Shown: positions 17,214-26,215, numbered from the stretch's first letter. The stretch is DNA of 38,399 nt from Candidatus Pacearchaeota archaeon (GCA_018304175.1 JAGVWT010000003.1:100695-139093), one strand, 5' to 3'. A program made the numbers and translations. Notes: generated from the sequence alone by a model not told the origin.

Positions 17214-17362
17214 TTGAAAACAACCTCTTGGTTTTTTTCGATTTTCCTCAAAACACTGAACAGCGATTTCCAATTACCTCTAACGAAATCGCGGAATTTA
17301 TTTACTTTCATTAGAATAATTGAGAAAATTAGTTTTTAAAAGTTCTGTTTGAGAGTTTAGTA

Positions 17363-19141
17363 TTACAACACAACCTCATAATCGCCGAGTTCTTTTTTCA
17401 AAAGTTCGAAAATCTTTTGATTTACTTTCACGCCTTTTTCTGCTTTTTGCTTTTCAACAGCTTCTGAAAGTTCCTTGGCGTTTGAAGGTTCGATTTTGTC
17501 AGTTATTTTTTTTATTACATTGCCGTTTATCAAAAAAGCCTTTCCTTTTGAGACAATAAGCTCGGTGAATTTTTCTTTTCCATCACTTAAATATCTCAGG
17601 CGCATTCTTGTTTTTTCGAGAGCCATTAAATCCTTTCTCTGTGAGTATTCAATCAAATCATTAATCAGAATCGCCGCGTTTTTTCTTGCTTCGTTTATAT
17701 TGTGTGCAGTTGATTTTCCTTTTTTGAATTTCTTTTTTTCACTAACTAAATAATTCAAAAATCTCAGTGATTGATGGGGAAGTTTCCCAGTTTTTATGAG
17801 TTTTTCTTCAAATTCTCTCACTGTTTTTTGCTCTGTTCCTTTTCCAATAATTATGTGAAGTATGCTGAAGATGTCGCTGTAAACTTGTTCTATTGTTTTT
17901 TCCTGGGTGCGTTTTTCTATTTGTTCCCTTAAATCTTTAAGAATTTTTAAATATTCCTCTGAAGATTTTATCATCGAATCTATTTCTTTTCCGTGTATTT
18001 TGTATTTCAAATCGTGCTCGTAGGTCTTGAATTCTTTCACAGCTTTTTCAAGGATTGCAATGTCTGTTTTCTTTAGCATTTTTTCTTTGTCAACGAAAAT
18101 TTCTTTGAATTGTTGTGCAGTTTCTTTTGGTGTTGGGGGGGGCAATCCATACAACATTATAAGAGCCTGGCTTGGAGTTAAAACGCCGTAGTAAATATCT
18201 ATCATCGCGTCGATTAATCTTCTGTCTGCAGCTTCTTTTGTTTTCTCAGCTGTTCTCATAAACATATCAATCGCTTCAGGTGAAGGCTTTAATTTTCCCA
18301 TTTTTAAAAGAACTTTCCAAGGCATGAATGTTCCTTTGTCGTAAATTGGAACACCATCACGAATGAAAGTAAACATGATTGGATGCGCATCTTTCACACT
18401 TTCCCAGAAATCTGTCAAAAGATAAACCTGCGGTGATAATTTGCTTTTTGTTCCTGCGAGTGCAGTTGCTTCTGCAACATATTGGTAGATTATTCCCCTC
18501 AATCTTTCTTTTAATTCAAGACGCGACATTCTTTTTACGTCAGTGTCGTTGATTATTATAAAAACATCAACATCAGAAGTGCTTATGTTTTCTCCTCTGA
18601 CTAAGCTTCCTCCTAAAACATAACTCACAACATACTTCTCGAATTTTTGTAAAACCAAAGATTTGTGAATCTCGGCAACTCTTAAAGCTCCGAGAATTCC
18701 CTTGTCATGCAAAGGAAAAGCCATTGCAATTGCGTTTACTAATTCAAATTTACTGTCTAAAGCCATTTCCCAAATATCAACTGGAGTTTTCACGTGAAGC
18801 CAAGCTTTCTGTTTTATTGATTCTAAACTTTTGACTAACTCTTGTTTTATTTTTGGGATTTCCTTCAGTTTTTCTTCTGGAACAATAATGTAAACATGAA
18901 CAAGCTTTTCAGTTTCTTTCGGAGCCTCTTCCTCGTCGATAAAAGTTTTTGTTAATTGAGCTGGAAGAATTCCTATTGCTTCAATGAATGGAAATTTCTT
19001 AAGTGACTGGCTTTTGAATTTATCAAATTCTTTTTTTGTTTTCGCTACTTCCTTTTGTGCAGCGCTCAAATCTTGGACCTGGGGTTTAGCAGAATATTTG
19101 TTGCCTAGACTCATCTCTGGAATTTCATCGTTTTCAGTCAT
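17363..19141 (-). CDS. Tandem MNT (degenerate + intact) - HEPN multidomain protein
   Basis: Intact LGGSLVRG...SDVDVFIIIND; degenerate N-terminal copy; IRDGVPIYD...GKLKPSPEAI linker shared with 12684..13700. Confidence 0.8.
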   Translation of the reverse strand: MTENDEIPEMSLGNKYSAKPQVQDLSAAQKEVAKTKKEFDKFKSQSLKKFPFIEAIGILPAQLTKTFIDEEEAPKETEKLVHVYIIVPEEKLKEIPKIKQELVKSLESIKQKAWLHVKTPVDIWEMALDSKFELVNAIAMAFPLHDKGILGALRVAEIHKSLVLQKFEKYVVSYVLGGSLVRGENISTSDVDVFIIINDTDVKRMSRLELKERLRGIIYQYVAEATALAGTKSKLSPQVYLLTDFWESVKDAHPIMFTFIRDGVPIYDKGTFMPWKVLLKMGKLKPSPEAIDMFMRTAEKTKEAADRRLIDAMIDIYYGVLTPSQALIMLYGLPPPTPKETAQQFKEIFVDKEKMLKKTDIAILEKAVKEFKTYEHDLKYKIHGKEIDSMIKSSEEYLKILKDLREQIEKRTQEKTIEQVYSDIFSILHIIIGKGTEQKTVREFEEKLIKTGKLPHQSLRFLNYLVSEKKKFKKGKSTAHNINEARKNAAILINDLIEYSQRKDLMALEKTRMRLRYLSDGKEKFTELIVSKGKAFLINGNVIKKITDKIEPSNAKELSEAVEKQKAEKGVKVNQKIFELLKKELGDYEVVL

Positions 19142-19162
19142 GCCAAGAAAATGAATTATTTA

Positions 19163-19196
19163 CTTATAAAGGTTTTGAAAGGGAAAACCTTTTAAT
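19163..19196. promoter_or_regulatory. Back-to-back archaeal promoters for the MNT-HEPN gene (-) and tRNA-Val (+)
   Basis: AAACCTTTATAAG (minus, 19175-19163) and AAAACCTTTTAAT (plus, 19184-19196), each about 22 nt from its start. Confidence 0.55.
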
Positions 19197-19219
19197 TAAA
19201 TATTATTTTAACTGAATAA

Positions 19220-19290
19220 GGTCCTTTAGTCTAATGGTAGAACACCTCGTTTACACCGAGGAAGCGGAGGTCCGATTCCTCCAAGGACCA
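19220..19290 (+). tRNA. tRNA-Val(TAC)
   Basis: GGTCCTT/AAGGACC acceptor, CCTCG-TTTACAC-CGAGG anticodon arm, GGAGG-TCCGATT-CCTCC T arm; CCA not encoded. Confidence 0.92.
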
Positions 19291-19304
19291 TTTTAAAATA
19301 GAAG

Positions 19305-20465
19305 ATGAAAAAATATGATTTTTGCGTTGTAGGTGCTACAGGAAAACAGGGCAAAATAGCAACTGTGGATTTAATTAAAAGTGGCCATACTGTTTTAATG
19401 TGTGGCAGAGACAGAAGCCAAGTCGAACAAATTTTAAATAAATACAGAAAAAAAACAAATTTTGAATTTATAGATCTAAGGGATATAAACAAATCTGTTA
19501 ATGTAATAAAAAAATCTGGAGCAAAAATTGTTGTGAATTGTGCAGAAGGAGATTGGAATTTAAACTGCTTGAAAGTATGCATCAAAGCGAAAGTTCATTC
19601 AATTGATCTTGGCTCTGATGTTCCTATGACAAGAGACCAGTTTGCCTTAGATAAAACATTAAAGAAAGAAAAACTGATTCATATAACTGGTTGTGGTTCT
19701 GTACCAGGAATTGGAAATGTCATGTTAAGACATGCTAACGAGAAATTTGATGCAATAAACACTATAGAGGTGGGATTTGCATGGGATTCAAATATAAAAA
19801 AATTTGTTGTGCCTTTCTCAATAAAAAGCGTGATGAAAGAATTTACTAGAGATGCACCTTACCTTAAAGATCATAAAATAAAAAAAATCAAGCCGATGGA
19901 TTCTCTTGTTCATTGTTATCATACTTCTGTTGGAGAACAAAATGAGTTTAAAGTTGGAAATCATGCTGAAACTTACACATTTCATAAATTCGCCGAGAAA
20001 AAGAAAATAAAAAATATCTCTTTTTATGCTGGTTTTCCAGAACATTCAATGAAAATAATTTTGGCAATAATTGAACTTGGACTGGCAAGCAAAAAACCGG
20101 TAAAATTTAAAGGTAAAGAGATAATACCAACAGATTTCTTGACAGAAGTTTTGAAGAGAATAGGAATACCAAAAGGATATACTGAAGTTGAAAATTTGTG
20201 GGTTTTTATAAAAGGTAAGTACAAAGGAAAAGCAAGAAGCATAATGATGGAGTGTATTGTTCCCCCATTGAAGGGTTGGGAGTGGACTGGCTCTGATATT
20301 GATACAGGAATGCCCGCAAGTATAATTGCGCAAATGATTTTTAATAACTTGATAAATGAACCAGGAAGTTATTCACCGGAATTTATTGTTTCGCCTAAAG
20401 AATTTTTTCAAGAACTTGCAAAAAGAAAAATGAGTGTATATGAAAACGGGAGAAAAATAAATTAA
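19305..20465 (+). CDS. Saccharopine dehydrogenase-family oxidoreductase
   Basis: Rossmann VVGATGKQG, IVVNCA, IDLG, GCGSVPG, C-terminal TGMPASIIAQM...PE. Substrate cannot be determined (lysine or polyamine branch). Confidence 0.8.
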   Translation: MKKYDFCVVGATGKQGKIATVDLIKSGHTVLMCGRDRSQVEQILNKYRKKTNFEFIDLRDINKSVNVIKKSGAKIVVNCAEGDWNLNCLKVCIKAKVHSIDLGSDVPMTRDQFALDKTLKKEKLIHITGCGSVPGIGNVMLRHANEKFDAINTIEVGFAWDSNIKKFVVPFSIKSVMKEFTRDAPYLKDHKIKKIKPMDSLVHCYHTSVGEQNEFKVGNHAETYTFHKFAEKKKIKNISFYAGFPEHSMKIILAIIELGLASKKPVKFKGKEIIPTDFLTEVLKRIGIPKGYTEVENLWVFIKGKYKGKARSIMMECIVPPLKGWEWTGSDIDTGMPASIIAQMIFNNLINEPGSYSPEFIVSPKEFFQELAKRKMSVYENGRKIN

Positions 20466-20466
20466 A

Positions 20467-21426
20467 ATGAAAAACAATTGCGATTTTTTGATTATTGGTG
20501 CGGGAGGAACTGGTTTGGCGGCAGCGATGTATGCTGCGAGGCTTGGAATGAAAACGCTAGTTTTAGGGTCTACACACGGCACTGAATTGCCTGTTGGAGG
20601 CGTGATAACGACGACAAACATTGTTGAAAATTATCCTGGTTTCATAAAACTCACAGGACACGAACTTGCGAAAAAACTTGAAGACCATGCACGAAGTTAT
20701 GATTTGGTTGAAATAAAAAACGAAAAAGTTTCTGAAATTAAAAAGCAGAAAAGAGGTTTTATTGTAAAGACGAATAAAAGTGAGTATGAAACAAAAACAA
20801 TTTTATTTGCGACAGGCACTAAATGGAAAGAACTCCCGGAAAGCGTGAAAGGGAGTAAGGAATTTATGAATCGTGGTGTTCATTACTGTGCTTTGTGTGA
20901 CGGGCCTTTGTACAAAAACAAAATCGTCGCTGTTGTTGGAGGAAGTGATTCTGCGGCGAAAGATGCACTTCTATTAAGCGAACATGCAAAAAAAGTCTAC
21001 ATAATTTATCGAGGCAAGGAAATACATCCGGAGCCGATAAACTTGGAAAGAATCAAAAAAAACAAAAAAATTGAGATAATAAATGAGACAAACATAAAAG
21101 AAATTCATGGAAATGAACTTGTGAACAGAGCTATTTTAGACAAGCCTTACAAAAAAAGTGATGAACTTGTTTTAGATGGGATTTTTGTTGCAATAGGGCA
21201 TATAATTCTCTCTGACTTAGCAAAACTACTTAATGTAGAACTGAATAAAAAAGGAGAAATAAAAATAAACCATATGACATCAGAAACAAATGTTCCTGGA
21301 GTTTTTGCGGCAGGTGATGTTACAGACAAGCCATTCAAACAGTTAATAACCGGAGTCGCTGACGGTTGCACCGCTGCTTATTCTGCATACGAATACATTA
21401 ATAAAGAGGAAATTATAACGAGTTGA
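20467..21426 (+). CDS. trxB: Thioredoxin reductase
   Basis: IIGAGGTGLAAA, GVHYCALCDG (CxxC), VVGGSDSA, FAAGDV. Confidence 0.92.
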   Translation: MKNNCDFLIIGAGGTGLAAAMYAARLGMKTLVLGSTHGTELPVGGVITTTNIVENYPGFIKLTGHELAKKLEDHARSYDLVEIKNEKVSEIKKQKRGFIVKTNKSEYETKTILFATGTKWKELPESVKGSKEFMNRGVHYCALCDGPLYKNKIVAVVGGSDSAAKDALLLSEHAKKVYIIYRGKEIHPEPINLERIKKNKKIEIINETNIKEIHGNELVNRAILDKPYKKSDELVLDGIFVAIGHIILSDLAKLLNVELNKKGEIKINHMTSETNVPGVFAAGDVTDKPFKQLITGVADGCTAAYSAYEYINKEEIITS

Positions 21427-21687
21427 ATGCCAAAAATAATCTCGGCGAAAACAAAAGAAAGCATTGAAGTTAAGGAGGGGGAAAAAATCAGAGATGCTTG
21501 CGAGAAACTTGGGGTACCTTTCTGCTGCACAAACGGACTTTGTGGAACGTGCATGATTGATATAATCGAAGGGGAAAAAAACCTCTCCGAGTTGACAGAA
21601 AGCGAAATTGATATGGAAAGAGACAAGAAACACAGGCTTGGATGTCAATGTAAGATAAAAAACGGCGACGTGAAAATTAGTTTTTAA
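21427..21687 (+). CDS. [2Fe-2S] ferredoxin
   Basis: FCCTNGLCGTC ... RLGCQ. Confidence 0.9.
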   Translation: MPKIISAKTKESIEVKEGEKIRDACEKLGVPFCCTNGLCGTCMIDIIEGEKNLSELTESEIDMERDKKHRLGCQCKIKNGDVKISF

Positions 21688-22029
21688 TTAGAGAATATAC
21701 TTAAATTGTTCTTCTTTATAAAATTCAAAAGGACTACTTTTAATAGAATAATTTTTAACAATTAATCCTTTATTATTTTCTCTTGACAGTAAAATTGCCT
21801 CTACCGGTTCATTTAAATCAGAGCCCCCGTTATGTGTTCTGTTTAAAATAATAGGGCTTAAAGTAATGTAACCTTCTCCAATTAAAAATTTCAAAGCATC
21901 TTCTAATTTACTAAAAGACTTCTCAGGACCCATCAAGGCAACTTCTCTTATTTTTCCCTGATAATTGTCGTGGTTGAAAAAATTCGCAGAGTCAATTGTT
22001 TTTCCTGAAGGGGATTCATATCTTGGCAT
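21688..22029 (-). CDS. Hypothetical protein
   Basis: 113-aa ORF; stop directly abuts the ferredoxin stop. Confidence 0.55.
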   Translation of the reverse strand: MPRYESPSGKTIDSANFFNHDNYQGKIREVALMGPEKSFSKLEDALKFLIGEGYITLSPIILNRTHNGGSDLNEPVEAILLSRENNKGLIVKNYSIKSSPFEFYKEEQFKYIL

Positions 22030-22086
22030 AAAGAAATTTATTTAGTGTAGTCTAAATAGATTATTGCCTTTTGTTGTAATAATCCC

Positions 22087-22099
22087 AAACCTTTTATAC
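22087..22099 (+). promoter_or_regulatory. BRE/TATA promoter (AAACCTTTTATAC) for dph2
   Basis: 20 nt upstream of ATG 22120. Confidence 0.5.
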
Positions 22100-22119
22100 T
22101 GATTTTTTATGTTATTTAC

Positions 22120-23106
22120 ATGGCGTTAGATTTTGAAATTCCAGGGCTTTTGGAGGAATTGAAGAAGAGAAAACCGAAGAGAGTTTTGGTTCAGCTTGCA
22201 GAAGGGATAAAGCAAAATTCAGAAGAAATTTCTGATGCAATTGAGTCTCTTGGAATAGAAGTTATTTTTTCAGGGGAGACTTCGTGGGGAGCGTGTAGCG
22301 TGGCTGTCCATGAAGCTAAAGAATTGAATGTGGATTTGATTGTTCATTTTGGACATGCAGAATTTATGGAAGTTGATTTCCCAATTATTTATGTTGAAGT
22401 AAAAGATATTCTTAATCTTGAACCAATACTGAAGAAATCATTGAGTGAATTAAAAGAATTCAAAGTTTTGGGATTGAGTTATTCAATTCAACACAGACAC
22501 GATATTGAGAACATAAAAAAATTTTATGAGAAAAATGGAAAGGAAGTTATTTTGTCAAAAAAATCAGGGCATGCTGCCTATGAAGGGCATATTGTCGGTT
22601 GTGAATATAGTGGTTTAAAGGCAATAGAAAAAAAAGTTGATGCTTTTGTGATAATTGGAAATAATTTTCATTCAATGGGTGCAGTGTTAAGTGTTGATAA
22701 ACCGGTAATACTTCTTGATGTTTACAATAATGAAGTAAAAAATGCAGGAAAATTAAAAGAAAAAATCCTGAAACAAAGAGCAATATCTATTGAAAAATTG
22801 CGGGAAGCCAAAACTGTTGGAATTATCGTTGAAGTAAAACCTGGACAGAAATTTGGTTCTCACAAATATCTTGTCGATAAATTAATTGAAAACGGAAAAA
22901 AGCCGATTGTTATAACAATGTCAGAAATCACAGTTGACAAAATAATGAATTTTTACAACACAGACGCCTTCATTGAGTTGGCTTGTCCGAGAATCGCTAT
23001 AGATGATTTTGCAAAATATCCAAAGCCGATTTTGACTTTCAAGGAAGCACTTGTAGCTTTAAACGTTAAGAGCTGGAAAGAAATACTAAAAATTGGAATT
23101 GTCTGA
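22120..23106 (+). CDS. dph2: 2-(3-amino-3-carboxypropyl)histidine synthase (Dph1/Dph2)
   Basis: VQLAEG, WGAC, VHFGH, IVGC, ACPRIAIDD: the three cluster-ligating Cys are present. Confidence 0.93.
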   Translation: MALDFEIPGLLEELKKRKPKRVLVQLAEGIKQNSEEISDAIESLGIEVIFSGETSWGACSVAVHEAKELNVDLIVHFGHAEFMEVDFPIIYVEVKDILNLEPILKKSLSELKEFKVLGLSYSIQHRHDIENIKKFYEKNGKEVILSKKSGHAAYEGHIVGCEYSGLKAIEKKVDAFVIIGNNFHSMGAVLSVDKPVILLDVYNNEVKNAGKLKEKILKQRAISIEKLREAKTVGIIVEVKPGQKFGSHKYLVDKLIENGKKPIVITMSEITVDKIMNFYNTDAFIELACPRIAIDDFAKYPKPILTFKEALVALNVKSWKEILKIGIV

Positions 23107-23158
23107 TTAAAATTAATCAGCATAATATTTATAATATTATAATTCCTATTAAAAAAGG

Positions 23159-23617
23159 ATGAAAAAAGGGTTTGATAAACTTAGCGTTCGTAATTCAAGA
23201 AAAATATATTTGATAGTTTATCTTATGATTCTTGCTCTAGTTATTTCTATTGCGGTGGCAAAAATTTCTGGCAGGGAAATTGATGAACTTACCCTAAAGG
23301 TTGTTGGTGTATTTTTAATACTTGCTATATTCTTTACAGAAAGCCATAGATTAAACACATATTATGAAGTAAATCCTCATTCAATTATAGCTTCAAAAGG
23401 AATCTTCTCAAGAACAACTAGGAGACTTGATTTAGTCGCAATCAGCGACGCTAATTTGAGGCAGAACTTATGGGAGAGAATGCTTAATTATGGGGATGTA
23501 GGTGTAAGAACATTTTCCGATGACAGCGCTATGGTAATAAAAAAAATAAATAACCCTTCAATGTTTGTAGATTTTTTGGAAGCTAAAACACGCAGGGCGA
23601 AATCGCAGAGGAACTAA
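23159..23617 (+). CDS. Membrane protein with bacterial PH (bPH_2) domain
   Basis: Two TM helices then Y...SKGIFSR...AISD...QNLWERMLNYGDV. Confidence 0.75.
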   Translation: MKKGFDKLSVRNSRKIYLIVYLMILALVISIAVAKISGREIDELTLKVVGVFLILAIFFTESHRLNTYYEVNPHSIIASKGIFSRTTRRLDLVAISDANLRQNLWERMLNYGDVGVRTFSDDSAMVIKKINNPSMFVDFLEAKTRRAKSQRN

Positions 23618-23618
23618 A

Positions 23619-24326
23619 ATGGAAATTGAGTACATCAAGAAAGAACATGGGAGACACAGGTCAAATCATCACTGGAAATTTTTAGTGTTTGTGATTTTTT
23701 TAGGAGTTTTTTCTTTTGTGATTTACACCTCATTTTATGGTGATTTTGATTTTACTGGGAATATAATACAAGGAAGCGATTCTTCGCAAGAAGAAAAGTC
23801 AATTCAGTTTCAGGCAGATTTAACAATTCCTCAGTTGAGCATCGAAGGAAATTTTGACAGAATTGAATTAAGAGGAAATTCAGGCTCTTTTTTGCAGGTT
23901 GGCGACCAGAGATTTTATCTTGGAAATGTGACAAATAATTACATAACTCTAAATGAATATGATGGGGAAATTGCTTTTAATGAAGAAAAAATTTCTGTAA
24001 TTGAAGGGAAGGCAACCGGAGTTATAATTAATGGTATTTTGGTTACATCACAAACAAAAGAAACAACAAAAATAACATTTGAAAATTCATTGAGTTATGA
24101 TTTGCTGGAAATGGGAAATGAGGTTTCAATAAAGAAAATTTCTTATGTAACTTCTGGTTTGATAAATGTTGAAGACGGAAAAAACGCTTTTGTTGTGAAT
24201 GAAGAACAAGTTACAATAAATGATTTTAAAGGAAGCATTCAAATATCAAACAAAAAATTCAGACTCGACGGACAAATTAGCGACTTGGAAATTCTTGGAA
24301 ATAAGAATGTGAATATAAAAGTTTGA
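23619..24326 (+). CDS. Membrane-anchored beta-rich hypothetical protein
   Basis: N-terminal TM helix; TAA-A-ATG coupling to the PH gene. Confidence 0.7.
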   Translation: MEIEYIKKEHGRHRSNHHWKFLVFVIFLGVFSFVIYTSFYGDFDFTGNIIQGSDSSQEEKSIQFQADLTIPQLSIEGNFDRIELRGNSGSFLQVGDQRFYLGNVTNNYITLNEYDGEIAFNEEKISVIEGKATGVIINGILVTSQTKETTKITFENSLSYDLLEMGNEVSIKKISYVTSGLINVEDGKNAFVVNEEQVTINDFKGSIQISNKKFRLDGQISDLEILGNKNVNIKV

Positions 24327-24501
24327 GACACTTACACTAAACACTCCTCTAAAATTCACTCACTCGTAAACTCGTTCGAAATTAGTGTAGATTGTTAACA
24401 TAAACTTTTGTTCTTCATGTTAACTAATAATATTAATATCTGAACAAAAGTGAAGTAATTTTTTCGGTGTAAAAACGACGGGCGAAGTGAAGTGAGCGAT
24501 T

Positions 24502-24801
24502 TCAATACTTAAATCCAAACTTTTTCAAATCAACTTTGTTCTTGTTGGTTTTAATTCCTTCTCTTTTCAAAAGTTTAATCTTGTTTTTTACTCCGGAAGC
24601 AAAACCACTGATATCTCCATCACTTTTTATTACACGGTGGCATTTGACTTTAGAAGATGAATTTTTATTCAGTGCGTTTCCAACAGCTCTTTGAGAATAT
24701 TTGTTTCCTAACATTTTTGCAATAGCATTATAAGTTGTAACTTTTCCTTTTGGAACTTTGCTAAGAATCCTGTAAACTCTTTCCTGAAATTCAGTCGGCA
24801 T
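24502..24801 (-). CDS. MGMT-family alkylguanine DNA alkyltransferase, C-terminal domain only
   Basis: VPKGKVTTY, RAVGNAL, KCHRVI (canonical PCHRV). Confidence 0.88.
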   Translation of the reverse strand: MPTEFQERVYRILSKVPKGKVTTYNAIAKMLGNKYSQRAVGNALNKNSSSKVKCHRVIKSDGDISGFASGVKNKIKLLKREGIKTNKNKVDLKKFGFKY

Positions 24802-24802
24802 T

Positions 24803-25075
24803 TCAGTAGTCTGGAAGTTCTTCGTTGCCTGTTTCTTTTGACACAGCGTCTTTTGGTTCTTCCTTTAAGTCTTCTTCCGTTATAGAGTTTATCATCTCTT
24901 TGAATTTCGCGAATTGAGGTGCTAAAATCCTGACTCCTTGCTTTGTGAAGCCAGTGTATCTTTCGCTTGTGACGAATTCTCTTACTGTAACTCCTTTTCT
25001 GCCTCCAAAGTCATCAACTCTTACAACAATGTCTGTCGTGTCGTTCTTGTTTATTTTTCCTATGTCTTTTTCCAT
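24803..25075 (-). CDS. PC4/YdbC-like ssDNA-binding protein
   Basis: IVVRVDDFGGRKGVTVREFV...GFTKQGVRI matches the PC4 fold pattern; acidic tail. Confidence 0.75.
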   Translation of the reverse strand: MEKDIGKINKNDTTDIVVRVDDFGGRKGVTVREFVTSERYTGFTKQGVRILAPQFAKFKEMINSITEEDLKEEPKDAVSKETGNEELPDY

Positions 25076-25107
25076 TAAATCATAAGATTTCTAACTTTTA
25101 TAAATAT

Positions 25108-25518
25108 TTAGTTATCAGAATCAATAGTTTCAGCTGCTAGAATTGAACAGCCAGTTGTTTGACTTATCTCGTTTATCTGCATTACACCTGTAACTCTAGA
25201 ACCATCGCTAAATTCCCATGTTGGGTAGCTCTGAATTCCTGCGTTGTTGCAGACCGCGTTTTGCCCAGCTGCGTTTGGAAGCGAACATTCAACATAGTTA
25301 ACATATTTCCAGCTGTCTCCGAAAAGTTTTTTTTGCTCTTCACAATGTGGGCACCAATAAGCACCATACATTTTTGCTCCTGAATCCGTAAGGCATTGAG
25401 CGAAAGAATCATACTCTCCTGGCGTGGAATTTGCTGGAATGTAAAACCAGTAAATCAATCCTGCGACAATAACTACGAAAATAACTGCGTAAATCCTGTA
25501 TTTTGTTTTTTTACTCAT
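25108..25518 (-). CDS. Exported thioredoxin/glutaredoxin-like protein (type associated with VKOR)
   Basis: TM anchor; FAQCL...MYGAYWCPHC...QKKLFG...YVEC...C...IQSYPTW. Confidence 0.85.
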   Translation of the reverse strand: MSKKTKYRIYAVIFVVIVAGLIYWFYIPANSTPGEYDSFAQCLTDSGAKMYGAYWCPHCEEQKKLFGDSWKYVNYVECSLPNAAGQNAVCNNAGIQSYPTWEFSDGSRVTGVMQINEISQTTGCSILAAETIDSDN

Positions 25519-25583
25519 TTTAGTAAATGGAAAAATTGATTTATAAATTTGTGTGAAGTTTTGTCCTCACATATTATAAAATT

Positions 25584-25600
25584 ACGCCCCGACCAGGAAT
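25584..25600 (-). repeat. 17-bp direct repeat of the tRNA-Ser 3' end (att-like)
   Basis: ACGCCCCGACCAGGAAT at 25584-25600 and 25678-25694. Confidence 0.9.
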
Positions 25601-25678
25601 GCTAAGAAACCAAGGTTTCTTTAGCGTAATCTTCCTTTGAATTTAAACTGATTTACGTGGTCGTGATTACCACATGAA

Positions 25679-25759
25679 CGCCCCGACCAGGAATCGAACC
25701 TGGATGCCTGTAAAGGCCAAGATTTCCAATCTTGTGCAATACCATTATGCGATCGGGGC
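25679..25759 (-). tRNA. tRNA-Ser(GGA)
   Basis: GCCCCGA/TCGGGGC acceptor, G73, CAAGA-TTGGAAA-TCTTG, long variable arm GCCT-TTAC-AGGC, CCAGG-TTCGATT-CCTGG. Confidence 0.95.
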
Positions 25760-25800
25760 TTATAAAGAAAAAATTTGGCGAGTTTATAAGTTTTAAGAAA

Positions 25801-26028
25801 TTATCTTTTCTGTATTTGTTTTATCAGCCAGATTATAAGCAAGGTTAATGTAACAGTGACTAGAATCCATATAAGCCACATGAATACTCCCATCCATCCA
25901 AAACCATATGTCCAGTAACTCCCCATCATCCCATAGTCCCTGTAAGGCATCATTCCACCGAAGTTCCAGAATAAGAACAGCAGTACCAAAATTAATATTG
26001 CGATAACGAAAACATTTTCATTTTTCAT
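25801..26028 (-). CDS. Small two-TM membrane protein with Gly/Met-rich loop
   Basis: GGMMPYRDYGMMGSYW between hydrophobic helices; lies between two tRNAs. Confidence 0.7.
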   Translation of the reverse strand: MKNENVFVIAILILVLLFLFWNFGGMMPYRDYGMMGSYWTYGFGWMGVFMWLIWILVTVTLTLLIIWLIKQIQKR

Positions 26029-26040
26029 TTTTTATTGAAA

Positions 26041-26177
26041 CGCCCACGCCGGGAGTCGAACCCGGGTTTCCAGCGTTCTGCGCATTTTTCTCTCCAAAAG
26101 GAGGGGTTAGTATAAGGGGAAACTTGGTTCCCCTCATGCGCGACAGGCTAGCGTCATAGCCGTTAGACCACGTAGGC
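26041..26177 (-). tRNA. tRNA-Asp(GTC) with 65-nt intron at 37/38 (26140..26076)
   Basis: GCCTACG/CGTGGGC, G73, CTAGC CT GTC G [intron] C GCTGG. Clean BHB: CTGT/GCAG central helix, GCAT/ATGC outer helix. Confidence 0.93.
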
Positions 26178-26202
26178 ATTTAGTAAAAATATCAATTTTC
26201 AA

Positions 26203-26215
26203 TATTTAAAACTTT
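26203..26215 (-). promoter_or_regulatory. BRE/TATA promoter (AAAGTTTTAAATA) for tRNA-Asp
   Basis: About 26 nt upstream of the mature 5' end. Confidence 0.55.

Noticed and set aside
25584-26177. Prophage or genomic island at the tRNA-Ser/Asp cluster
   Set aside because: The att-like repeat encloses only 94 bp and the flanking genes are not viral.
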